Of a DNA stretch of 29,682 nt, positions 1 through 7,971 are shown piece by piece. Source of the stretch: a virus (lineage: Duplodnaviria; Caudoviricetes); the IMG/VR virus record IMGVR_UViG_3300030330_001561, positions 1 to 29,682 of that record. One strand, given 5' to 3'. Within the stretch, counting starts at the first letter, position 1. Each line of letters begins with the position of its first letter. Both the position numbers and the translations under genes were made by a program. Below the pieces are notes generated by a model. The model saw only the letters and a program-made list of their open reading frames with translations. It did no database searches and was not told the DNA's origin.

Positions 1-98
1 CGACTTGTAGAACTCCTCGATGATGTGCAATCGACCGTCGCCATCTTCGCCCACAACCAGAAGTGCCGCCGGGTTGGTGTACCCTTCGTCTTGGCCCA
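1..98. repeat. Terminal direct repeat, copy 1 (circular assembly overlap)
   Basis: Bases 1-98 (cgacttgtag...ttggccca) are identical to 29585-29682, and the terL frame continues across the junction. Confidence 0.97.
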
Positions 99-834
99 CG
101 ATGATTCGCCGCCACTCTTCGTTGCGTTGCCGAACATGCACAGACCGATCAAAGCGGTCATACACCAAGCCTTCGCCACCACGCCACTTGCCTTCAACGT
201 ATCGCTCAAACGCTACCCCTTCGAGGCTCATCAAGTCATCTAGATAGGCTTGCGGCAGAAAGAAGTTGTCAGGGCTTCTGGTCTGGATTGCCCGGCAGTT
301 GTCAGCGGCTTGATGTCCCCCGGCAAGCCCGAAGCGGACAGCCAAGAAGTGCGACGGCGCACCGGGGTTGCAGGCTCCATACAACTGCATCGCAAGGTCA
401 TCAAGTTCAAGACGGATGCGACCACGCAGCATCGTCCAATCGCCCTCGACCAACTCAACGGCTTCGTCAACCGCACAGCCAGACAGGTTCAACGATCCCA
501 TCTTTTCGTAGTCATCGAGGCCGAAGTAGTAGATCGTGCCGCCACCAAGCAAACGAATCACTCGCTCGCTCTTGTTGTGTTCATATGTGCCACGCGGCAG
601 GACGGGCGGCAAGTTGCCGTCTTGCTCAAGCAGCGTGCGAAGCGTCGTGGCTTTCAGGCTGACAAGGTGCTTCCGCGCCAAGCCCTCACGCGCGCCCGGT
701 CTGCCAACCAAACGAGCCACCAACTTCATGCACAACGCCCGCGTCTTTCCTGCACCGAACGCACCTGAATACAGCACCTCACGCTCTTGCGCTCGGATGA
801 AGTCAAGTTGTGCGGGCAGCAGGTCAAACCTCAT
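1..834 (-). CDS. terL: Terminase large subunit, N-terminal ATPase part (PBSX-like); continues at 29584 down to 29135, about 427 aa in total
   Basis: Not in the ORF track; translated by hand from ATG at 834: MRFDLLPAQLDFIRAQEREVLYSGAFGAGKT (Walker A) ... GCAVDEAVE (Walker B) ... GACNP (motif III) ... RYVEGKW ... VGQDEGYTNP (nuclease Asp). Confidence 0.95.
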   Translation of the reverse strand, partial: MRFDLLPAQLDFIRAQEREVLYSGAFGAGKTRALCMKLVARLVGRPGAREGLARKHLVSLKATTLRTLLEQDGNLPPVLPRGTYEHNKSERVIRLLGGGTIYYFGLDDYEKMGSLNLSGCAVDEAVELVEGDWTMLRGRIRLELDDLAMQLYGACNPGAPSHFLAVRFGLAGGHQAADNCRAIQTRSPDNFFLPQAYLDDLMSLEGVAFERYVEGKWRGGEGLVYDRFDRSVHVRQRNEEWRRIIVGQDEGYTNPAALLVVGEDGDGRLHIIEEFYKS

Positions 835-1165
835 CGGGCTTCTCTGGTGGCGTGGCTTCGGCAAACTCGATGGTCAGAGGCCGCAGCCCTTCGCCGCTGT
901 GTTCTGTCTTCTCACGCATGCCAAGGTACTGCTTGCTGAGCCAGATCAGCATCTGCCGGTCGCCTTCCAAAGCAGACTGGAACATGCTCCGACGCATCGA
1001 CGCATGAGCCTTGAGCCGTTCACGTTCGATCAGTTCGCGATAATCCTCACGGGCGTACAACGTCGAACGGGAGCAACCAAACCACGCGGCAATCTCCTCG
1101 TAGGTGCATTGCATGGCTGCAAGTTTCTTCATTTGCTCAAGGTCAAGATCCAACGGTGCTGGCAT
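824..1165 (-). CDS. terS: Terminase small subunit
   Basis: N-terminal HTH (CTYEEIAAWFGCSRSTLY) and MLIWLSKQYLGMRE motif; directly upstream of and overlapping terL. Confidence 0.85.
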   Translation of the reverse strand: MPAPLDLDLEQMKKLAAMQCTYEEIAAWFGCSRSTLYAREDYRELIERERLKAHASMRRSMFQSALEGDRQMLIWLSKQYLGMREKTEHSGEGLRPLTIEFAEATPPEKPDEV

Positions 1166-2279
1166 CGCCTACCTCCGCTGGTACTCGTTCGGCCTTCTTG
1201 CCGGTCAGGTTCTCCCACCGCTGCACCACGGCATCGCAGTAGCCTTCGTCCATCTCGACTCCTGAGAATTCTTTGCCTGCCTGCTCGCATGCAATCAATG
1301 TCGAACCACTTCCGGTGAACGGATCAACAATATGTCGGCAGTCTTGAAGCCACCTGTCAAAGACCCACTTGACAAGCGAAACAGGCTTCTGTGTCGGGTG
1401 TATCCGATTCACCTTCTCGCTTGCTTGTGTAAACATTCTTGAAACGCCTGAGAAGTTTGTCCAAGCAAGTTCAGCGTCCATCTGATCACTGCCACCATTG
1501 TTCTTATCCCAAACGAGCCAGCACGCGGATGGTTCAAGAGCGTTAGCAAAGTAATTTGCTCCCCACCACACCATCTTTGGGGCTGTCCACATGGCAACCG
1601 CGTCAACAGCGGTGTTCGTATTTTCGTCGCCAATGATGTGTCTGTATTTGTCTTTCAAGACTCCACTCGATCGAACAGCATCCATGCCGTATGGTGGATC
1701 GGTGAATACAGCGTCGATGAGTTTGGACTTTGCAAAAGCATGAGCGTCATTTGACAGACTGTCGCCACACAGAAGTCGATGGTCGCCAAGCAACCAGATA
1801 TCACCCTGCTTAGTTGTTGGATCGGACGTTACTGGCGGCACTTCGTCCTCATGCACTTCGTCAGACGGCAACCGCAGCATCTCTGCAATCTCGTCGCCTT
1901 CAAAGCCGGTCGCAAGTTTGAGTTCATCCGGCAGAGCGTCCATCAGGTCACGCAGCGTCTCGTCTTCCCACTCAGCCAACTCAGCCGTCTTGTTGTCTGC
2001 GATGCCATACGCAACGGCCTCGGCTGTGTCAAGGTTTGTCTTGGCTGCTGCTATGTGCGTCCACCCCAGTTCCTTCGCCGCGTGCCAAGTGCCGTTGCCT
2101 GCGATTATGGTTGTGCCGTTGCTATGTAGCACGATGGGCTTGGTTTGACCGAAGCGGGCAAGGCTGGCTTTGATGGCTTCAATGTTTCGCTTGTCGTGCT
2201 TGCGGGCGTTGGACGGGTCAGGCGTCAGGCTGTCGATGCTGACGGCTAACGGCTTGAGCGATTCGTGTATATCTGTCAT
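1143..2279 (-). CDS. ParB/Srx N-terminal domain fused to an N6-A/N4-C DNA methyltransferase
   Basis: ParB-like NARKH...SLARFGQTKPIV...IAGNGT...ADNKTAELAEW; MTase DPPY, HPTQKP and DPFTGSGST in beta-class order. Confidence 0.9.
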   Translation of the reverse strand: MTDIHESLKPLAVSIDSLTPDPSNARKHDKRNIEAIKASLARFGQTKPIVLHSNGTTIIAGNGTWHAAKELGWTHIAAAKTNLDTAEAVAYGIADNKTAELAEWEDETLRDLMDALPDELKLATGFEGDEIAEMLRLPSDEVHEDEVPPVTSDPTTKQGDIWLLGDHRLLCGDSLSNDAHAFAKSKLIDAVFTDPPYGMDAVRSSGVLKDKYRHIIGDENTNTAVDAVAMWTAPKMVWWGANYFANALEPSACWLVWDKNNGGSDQMDAELAWTNFSGVSRMFTQASEKVNRIHPTQKPVSLVKWVFDRWLQDCRHIVDPFTGSGSTLIACEQAGKEFSGVEMDEGYCDAVVQRWENLTGKKAERVPAEVGDASTVGS

Positions 2280-2761
2280 TGCTTCCTCTTTCTTGGTCTT
2301 ACCATAGCCAAACCGAACAACAGCATCGGCCCGGCGAACGGCACAATCCTATCTGGTGGATCGGGCAGAAAGCCTGCCGAGAATATTGGCATGCTGACTT
2401 CTGGTTCAAATGGCGGCAAGATGCTGCCGGGTATTGCAGTCAGCACGCTGTATCCGTCAGAGAACCCCAAGCCCGCGTTGCCTTTGCTTGGTCTTGGCTT
2501 TGGTGCTTTCGGGTTGCTGGCAACGCCTGTCGGATAGATCAACGCATCATCCTTGTCGGCCTCGCTAACTTGCAGCGTGTTCACAACTTCGGTGACTTGC
2601 GTGAAGCGGTCGAAGGCTTCCTTGCCGATTAGGGTTGACAGCACAGCCACGGCAATCGCCATTCGTTGATTGACTTTGGCAGCCTGCTGCTGCTGCTTCT
2701 CGCACTGGCTCAGGGCTTGCCGTTCGTCCTTGGCTCGCTGCTCGCACTTCGGGCAGGTCAT
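2276..2761 (-). CDS. Membrane protein with CxxC, coiled coil, a TM helix and a C-terminal PEP-CTERM-like sorting tail
   Basis: MTCPKC..., hydrophobic MAIAVAVLSTLIG, C-terminus VPFAGPMLLFGLAMVRPRKRKQ; 4-bp ATGA overlaps with both neighbours. Confidence 0.7.
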   Translation of the reverse strand: MTCPKCEQRAKDERQALSQCEKQQQQAAKVNQRMAIAVAVLSTLIGKEAFDRFTQVTEVVNTLQVSEADKDDALIYPTGVASNPKAPKPRPSKGNAGLGFSDGYSVLTAIPGSILPPFEPEVSMPIFSAGFLPDPPDRIVPFAGPMLLFGLAMVRPRKRKQ

Positions 2762-3639
2762 GCAAGCGTCACCGTTTGCCCGCTGACCAACTGCACTTGG
2801 ATCTCGCCTTGCACGGCCATCGGGTTTGTGTTGGTGATTCGTCGGTTGCTGTCAACGCCATTGATGCGACCGCCGTTGAGCGTGGCACTGCCAATGGTCA
2901 GCGTGGCGTTGTCTTCTGAATCTTTGAGCAGCAGTTCACCACCGTTGAGCGTCAGCGTGGTGATCACAGAACCAGAAGATATAACCTGACCAGTGCGACC
3001 GTTGCCGCTGGCGTTCACGATTGTTGCACTTGAATTGAATGCGCCAGAAGTGTTCACCGTGTTCATGGGGGCGGCTGACGTTGCACGGCTTCCGCGTCCA
3101 ATCCGCACATCTGACGGCCCTGCCGCACTTGCTGTTATATCATCTGTGCTGACGTTTGCACCAATGGTCACTTGGCTTGAACCGGGCGAGACAACCAGTT
3201 CGTTGATCGTTCCACGGTTGATGGTCAGCACGCCGGTGGTGGTGTGGATGTGCATCCGGTTGATTCGTCCCGCCGAGATAGTCATCTCACGCGGCATTGC
3301 GACGATGTGCAGATCCTCGACGAACGGTCGTATGCCGATGGCACAACGGCTCGAAGCCAGCACCATTGTTGTCGCACTGATTTGCAAACTGCCGCCGCCA
3401 AGCGTGCCACCGTACGAGTCTGCCACCCGGAACTCACGCAGGTTCACCGCCTTCTGGTTGCTGTTGCCAACGTCTTGGTTGTTGCCTGCGAAGTAGACGA
3501 AGCCACCCGCAGCCGGTACGCCGTTGCTCCAGTTGTTGCTGTCGGTGTACGAGTTGTCTGTGCCTTGCCACAACGTGACAGCCTTGCCGGTCGCTGCCGC
3601 TGCGCTGCTGTTCCTGTTGTCAAGTACGGGTAGAACCAT
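2758..3639 (-). CDS. Beta-helix/autotransporter-passenger-like protein (putative virion adhesin)
   Basis: TLWQGTDNSYTDSNNWSNGVP start followed by beta-solenoid-like strands (ITTLTLNGG, TIGSATLNGGRI); paralog-like to 13729-14577. Confidence 0.6.
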   Translation of the reverse strand: MVLPVLDNRNSSAAAATGKAVTLWQGTDNSYTDSNNWSNGVPAAGGFVYFAGNNQDVGNSNQKAVNLREFRVADSYGGTLGGGSLQISATTMVLASSRCAIGIRPFVEDLHIVAMPREMTISAGRINRMHIHTTTGVLTINRGTINELVVSPGSSQVTIGANVSTDDITASAAGPSDVRIGRGSRATSAAPMNTVNTSGAFNSSATIVNASGNGRTGQVISSGSVITTLTLNGGELLLKDSEDNATLTIGSATLNGGRINGVDSNRRITNTNPMAVQGEIQVQLVSGQTVTLA

Positions 3640-4868
3640 CAGACAAGGATGAACGTGTCACCGTTCGCAGGGGCCTCAGTGAGAGCGTTGACCGTGAATT
3701 TGCCACGACCGCCGCTCAGTGCGTAGTCAGTCACCAACTTCTGTTGCCCGGCAAGGTTGCCTGTGACGAACAAGCAGATGCGGTCGTTGAAGTGATCCGC
3801 TGTGGCTTCGCTTGCGTTGGTCTCGAACGCCGTAGTGGTTGGCGTGAACGAGGTATCGTCAACCGAGAAGATTGGGCAAGAGTCCATCATGGCTTCAAGC
3901 CGGTCAGCCGCAGTGCTGTCACCGCTGATCTTGACTGCATCAACAGGCTGGTTGCTTGTGCCGTCGGTGTAGTCAGACAGGTTGGTTGCACTGGTGGTGC
4001 TGTCATCAATCCGCTTGACGTTCACAGCCACGACGTTGTTGCTGTTGTCAATCGCAGCGTCGAGGGCCGCAGCCGCAGAGGCGTCACCGTTGATCTGCTT
4101 GGTGTTGACCTCAAGCACGCCGCTCGATGATGTGACGTTCGAGTTGCCAACCTGCGTGACATCTACTTGCAACGTGTCATCGTCAAGTACCAATGACTCG
4201 TACGCTTGGGTTCGCATCGCAACGCCCGAAGCCAAGACCGGCACAAAAACGTTTGCATCAACAAGGCTGATGCTGAACTGCCCCATGTGGTTCGTATTGG
4301 CACTGGTGAGTTCGAGCGCCCAGATGCCATTGGCAATGTGCGTGAAGTCGTTGTTGCCGCCACTTGCCGTCAGCGTGAGCGTGCTGCTTGTTGTGTCCTT
4401 GATCAACCGAGCGGTGATATCGCCGGGCGTCAATGAGGTCACAGGCTCGCCGCTGGTCGGATCAAGCAGCGGGCCGATTGCCACAGTGGTTGCTTCGGCT
4501 TGCTCAATCAGCCCAAGGTTCTGGCTGGTCACTCTGCCGCCTGCACCTGTACGGGCTTGCACCGAGAACGTGCCAACGACAGCCCTGACTGATTGCGAGT
4601 CGACCGTGCCAGCCACCACCACCGAGAACGTCGAGCCAACCGAGTAGAACGAAGCGTCACTGCTTGTCGTGATCGTCACCCGGTGAAAGCCGGTCAGCGA
4701 GTTGACATCAACGGTGAGCGTTGCACCAGATGTCGAGTTCGACGTTGTGCCGTCCTTGTAGATCACGACCGATCCGCTAGTGATGGTTGCAGCAGCACCG
4801 GCTTGGTCTGAGGTTGAGAAGAAGGCGTTCACCGAATCGCCTTGTTGGATATCACCGAAGTTGCTCAT
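3639..4868 (-). CDS. Ser/Thr-rich putative structural or fibre protein with internal repeats
   Basis: 409 aa; two beta-rich N-terminal modules, four V-[DN]-x-x-[QRK]-[IV] repeats and a C-terminal GNLAGQ...TDY...EAPANGDTFILV module. Confidence 0.6.
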   Translation of the reverse strand: MSNFGDIQQGDSVNAFFSTSDQAGAAATITSGSVVIYKDGTTSNSTSGATLTVDVNSLTGFHRVTITTSSDASFYSVGSTFSVVVAGTVDSQSVRAVVGTFSVQARTGAGGRVTSQNLGLIEQAEATTVAIGPLLDPTSGEPVTSLTPGDITARLIKDTTSSTLTLTASGGNNDFTHIANGIWALELTSANTNHMGQFSISLVDANVFVPVLASGVAMRTQAYESLVLDDDTLQVDVTQVGNSNVTSSSGVLEVNTKQINGDASAAAALDAAIDNSNNVVAVNVKRIDDSTTSATNLSDYTDGTSNQPVDAVKISGDSTAADRLEAMMDSCPIFSVDDTSFTPTTTAFETNASEATADHFNDRICLFVTGNLAGQQKLVTDYALSGGRGKFTVNALTEAPANGDTFILV

Positions 4869-5662
4869 GCTTGTACTAAGCCTCCATCAATCAGGCCGGA
4901 TGAGATTCCGTATTGCACGCGGTATCCGGGAGCCGCTGACTTGTACGGGTGGTCGCTTGGCAGGTTGGCTTCCAAGCCGTATTTGTGAGCCAGATACCCT
5001 TCGATCTTCTGGCGTTCGTTTGTGTCAAGAGTCGCACCGCCGACCAGTACTTCTGCGATATCGCCGGTCAGAGGATTGCCACCGACTGCACTTGCACCAA
5101 GGTCAAGCACGTTGCTGTTGCTGATTGAACCGCTGTTTGTCGTTCCGGTTGTGGTCATATCAGAACCGTTGACAAACCCGTTGCACGAAGAAGAGACACG
5201 CGAAGCCGTCACAATGACGAACTCGGTGCGGCTCCAGTTGCCTGCGGACTGCTGCGGGATATTCGTAGTGCCACCAATGCGGGCTTGCAGAACACCTGCC
5301 GCCGTTGTCATCAAAGCAAACGTGGTGTTGCCTTTCTCAAAAAAGAACTGCGCACCGCCGTCATCAGTTGACTTGAACACCGAAGCCATCCAGATATCGC
5401 CCGTGCCAACGTCAAGGTCTGCAATGTCACCATCGCTCAGAATGTCGTTGCTGCCGTCGTACCTGATCACAGGCTTGCTGTTGAGTTCGTTCGTCTCGAA
5501 GGTTGGCTGCCTTGCAGATGTGCCTTGGCTTGCAGTGTTGCCGTTGCCGCTTGAGTCCGTCCACGATGACACACCATCGCCGTCGTTCAACGACAGCGAA
5601 TCGGCCTTGTACCACGCGGTCAAGGTTCCGGCAGACAGATAATCGGGCGTCCAGTCAGGCAT
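4865..5662 (-). CDS. LamG/concanavalin A-like lectin-fold protein
   Basis: AWYKADSL..DGDGVSSWTDSSGNGN, LTGDIAEVLV, RQKIEGYLAHKYGL..LPSDHPYK. Confidence 0.75.
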   Translation of the reverse strand: MPDWTPDYLSAGTLTAWYKADSLSLNDGDGVSSWTDSSGNGNTASQGTSARQPTFETNELNSKPVIRYDGSNDILSDGDIADLDVGTGDIWMASVFKSTDDGGAQFFFEKGNTTFALMTTAAGVLQARIGGTTNIPQQSAGNWSRTEFVIVTASRVSSSCNGFVNGSDMTTTGTTNSGSISNSNVLDLGASAVGGNPLTGDIAEVLVGGATLDTNERQKIEGYLAHKYGLEANLPSDHPYKSAAPGYRVQYGISSGLIDGGLVQA

Positions 5663-5782
5663 TTACTTCTTGAAGATGCGGTCGCTCAAGAGTCCGAGGA
5701 GCGGTCGCCCGATCCACGCGCCGACGGCGAAGGCGATGATGTACCCCGAAGCGATGGCGAGGAAGGAAATAACTTGATCCAT
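5663..5782 (-). CDS. 39-aa single-pass membrane peptide
   Basis: MDQVISFLAIASGYIIAFAVGAWIGRPLLGLLSDRIFKK; AAGGAG RBS upstream; stop abuts the LamG ATG. The true start lies inside track ORF 5663-6277. Confidence 0.65.
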   Translation of the reverse strand: MDQVISFLAIASGYIIAFAVGAWIGRPLLGLLSDRIFKK

Positions 5783-6129
5783 GTCCGAATCTCCTTGAAG
5801 TTGAGGGCCGCCACTCCCGCTGTCACGCAGAGTCCGGCTATGAGTGTGAATACGAATATCTGCGACTCCAGCACCTTCGCCAGAATCGCCATAAGAACTG
5901 TGAGTGCGATGCCCAAGGCTACTGGAATCCAACCCCGGTTGCCTCTGGTAACGAACAGCAGACCGCCGCCCGTCAGTATTAGAAGCGTGCCGCTGAACTT
6001 CAACGGATCGAGAGCGTGCGCCACCTCCGTGCTTGGCGTCTCCGCTATTGCTTTGGCAAAAGGGAAAGACAGCCCACCCCCCTGAGTGGACTGACAACCA
6101 AGCATCAGGATGGGCAGCAAGTACCTCAT
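5686..6129 (-). CDS. Putative lipoprotein with about three TM helices (lysis cassette candidate)
   Basis: MRYLLPILMLG-C lipobox-like N-terminus, three hydrophobic segments, ATGA overlap with the upstream gene. Confidence 0.65.
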   Translation of the reverse strand: MRYLLPILMLGCQSTQGGGLSFPFAKAIAETPSTEVAHALDPLKFSGTLLILTGGGLLFVTRGNRGWIPVALGIALTVLMAILAKVLESQIFVFTLIAGLCVTAGVAALNFKEIRTWIKLFPSSPSLRGTSSPSPSARGSGDRSSDS

Positions 6130-6329
6130 GATCCGGTCTTGCCCTCCAACCGAGCAACGCGCTGCTCGACTTCGTGGGTTCGTGTCTCGATGAGTTGCAC
6201 CGCTGCTTCGAGTCGATCCACGGCACGCCGCAGTTCGTCAATCGCAGCCTTGACGCGGCCCGCTCCAAAGACAACACCGAAGATGATGCTGGCGGGGGTT
6301 ATGAGTTCGGGGAGGAATTCTGATTGCAT
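6126..6329 (-). CDS. Small TM plus coiled-coil protein (XhlA/holin-like)
   Basis: N-terminal hydrophobic stretch ITPASIIFGVVFGAG, then heptads ending EQRVARLEG. Confidence 0.55.
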   Translation of the reverse strand: MQSEFLPELITPASIIFGVVFGAGRVKAAIDELRRAVDRLEAAVQLIETRTHEVEQRVARLEGKTGS

Positions 6330-6667
6330 GCTTGCCCTGCAAGAACGGATACCAGATCAGCCAGACGATCCAAGCGAACCATGACGGCCCAGTTGCGGTC
6401 GTTGTCTTGACGCATGAGTACCAACGGCACGCCGCCGTGGCTTTGATGTTCATCGGCTGCATCTGTCTCAGCCTGAAGCAAGAAGTCGAGCGAAGCAATT
6501 CTGGCACGCCGCTTGACCTCGAGGTGCAAGCCTTCAACGCCAGTCAGGTCAGATGACAACTTGCCATCGACTTGTGCCGTGCGTCTGACGCTCAGCCCGG
6601 TGGCCTCTTCCCACGCCTTGGCTGCTTCGAGTTCGCCACGCTTGCCCTTTTGTCTTGAGTTGGTCAT
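6299..6667 (-). CDS. Holliday junction resolvase (Hjc-like PD-(D/E)XK)
   Basis: NSRQKGKRGELEAA, SSD...LHLEVKR, QA..DA, PLVLMRQDN...W. Confidence 0.85.
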   Translation of the reverse strand: MTNSRQKGKRGELEAAKAWEEATGLSVRRTAQVDGKLSSDLTGVEGLHLEVKRRARIASLDFLLQAETDAADEHQSHGGVPLVLMRQDNDRNWAVMVRLDRLADLVSVLAGQACNQNSSPNS

Positions 6668-6870
6668 GGCGTGCGTTGTATCTCAGACCAGTGCTTCTTG
6701 CTCATGGCTACCGGATCAGGCTTGGGCTGCCAGTTGTTCTCGCTCTTTCGGATGCACCCAAGGCAGAACGGGCCGCAGCCGTCTTTCGCGTTGCGTTCTT
6801 TGAGAAAGGCAGCGTCGGGCATAAGCCGACGGCAACCCAGACAGATACGAACTCCTCTTGACTCACTCAT
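6664..6870 (-). CDS. Small zinc-finger protein
   Basis: CLGC...CGPFCLGC; start moved to MSESRG at 6870, which overlaps the upstream stop. Confidence 0.6.
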   Translation of the reverse strand: MSESRGVRICLGCRRLMPDAAFLKERNAKDGCGPFCLGCIRKSENNWQPKPDPVAMSKKHWSEIQRTP

Positions 6871-7078
6871 CGTCTTCCTCGTCATCATCGTCTGCGTCAA
6901 ACTCGATCAAGGAGTCAAGGTCAGGCGGGTTCAGGTTGTCCCAATCATTCCACAGCGTCAACTTGGCTTGCTCGACCGCACCGAGAACTTCGTGCAGTGA
7001 CATATCCCACTCGACACCCATGTATCGGCAGCACTTCAGAATGGTCATCTGCAACTTGACGCTCGGATCGGTAGCCAC
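6863..7078 (-). CDS. Hypothetical protein with acidic C-terminus
   Basis: 71-aa ORF packed between neighbours; GGAG RBS before GTG; ends DADDDDEEDDE. Confidence 0.6.
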   Translation of the reverse strand: MATDPSVKLQMTILKCCRYMGVEWDMSLHEVLGAVEQAKLTLWNDWDNLNPPDLDSLIEFDADDDDEEDDE

Positions 7079-7081
7079 GGT

Positions 7082-7855
7082 TTATATCTCCTGAAGGCGG
7101 ATAAGTTCCGCGTTCCAATTCTTTGCACAGAGCCGGTTCGGTCGATCCGTCTTCGTTTCCGCGATGAGGCACGCAGCACCCCAAGCAGAGGTATCCAAAC
7201 GGCTGGCCCATTCCGGCGTGAGCGGACCGAGAGTACCCACGTTCGCATACCAGTATGGCAAAGGTACTTTGCGGGTTCGGTAGCACTGTGTGGGTGGAAC
7301 GGGTCGGTGGGTGTGACCACGCACGAAGAGGCGATGAGAATGACCACCAGTGATGTTGTTGAACTGAAGGGCTTCCAGTTCGTCAGAAGTCTGCCCGGCA
7401 TCGAAGCCATGAAAGAAGACCACCTGCCCAATCTGTACCTGCCCACGCTGGTTCTTTGCATACGGATATTGCGCCCACTTGGAGAACTCAGGCCACCGAG
7501 AGTCGCGGCCTATTTCGATCATGTCCCGCAACGCCTTGGGGATTCGGCGGGGGTCACGCTTGAAGATGTTGTCATCGTGGTTGCCGTTCATCCAGATCAG
7601 GCGGCAGCCCTTCGGCAAGGCTTCGCGGATCGACCGCAGAAAGTTGCTTGCATGCTCGAACTCGTCCGCGAGCGTGTGGTCATGCTCGCCTGCGTGGACG
7701 CTGGCTGCTGCTGCTTCGAGCAGGTCGCCGCAATGGACAAAGTGCGTGAGGGTTGGGCCGACGTCATCGAGCAACTCCATCAGCCTTGCGTGAGCCACTG
7801 GACTCGTGAAGGGCGAGTGGCTGCATGAGATGGCTGCGATGCGTGCCGTGTCCAC
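7082..7855 (-). CDS. Calcineurin-like metallophosphoesterase
   Basis: ISCSH, CGDLLE, GNHD, FFHG and GHTH motifs; start placed at GTG 7855 (VDTARIAAIS). Confidence 0.85.
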   Translation of the reverse strand: MDTARIAAISCSHSPFTSPVAHARLMELLDDVGPTLTHFVHCGDLLEAAAASVHAGEHDHTLADEFEHASNFLRSIREALPKGCRLIWMNGNHDDNIFKRDPRRIPKALRDMIEIGRDSRWPEFSKWAQYPYAKNQRGQVQIGQVVFFHGFDAGQTSDELEALQFNNITGGHSHRLFVRGHTHRPVPPTQCYRTRKVPLPYWYANVGTLGPLTPEWASRLDTSAWGAACLIAETKTDRPNRLCAKNWNAELIRLQEI

Positions 7856-7971
7856 ATTTGTATATCGGCAGTCCCACTCTCGTTCTGTTATACGCGCACG
7901 CGCGCGCGGGCAAACTGTCCGAACCACTAAACAGACAAACCCGCAGAAGAGACAACTACGGGCTTGCTGGC

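Noticed and set aside
1-98. Biological terminal repeat or attachment site
   Set aside because: It falls mid-terL and is an exact short overlap, as expected from assembler circularisation.
250-1318. Plus-strand ORFs 250-768, 288-662 and 536-1318
   Set aside because: Antisense to terL and terS, which have clear motifs.
1143-2279. ParABS plasmid-prophage partition system
   Set aside because: The ParB-like domain is fused to a methyltransferase, and no ParA ATPase or parS array was seen.
5783-6277. N-terminal extension of track ORF 5663-6277
   Set aside because: Overlaps two better genes; only the last 39 codons have an RBS and TM character.
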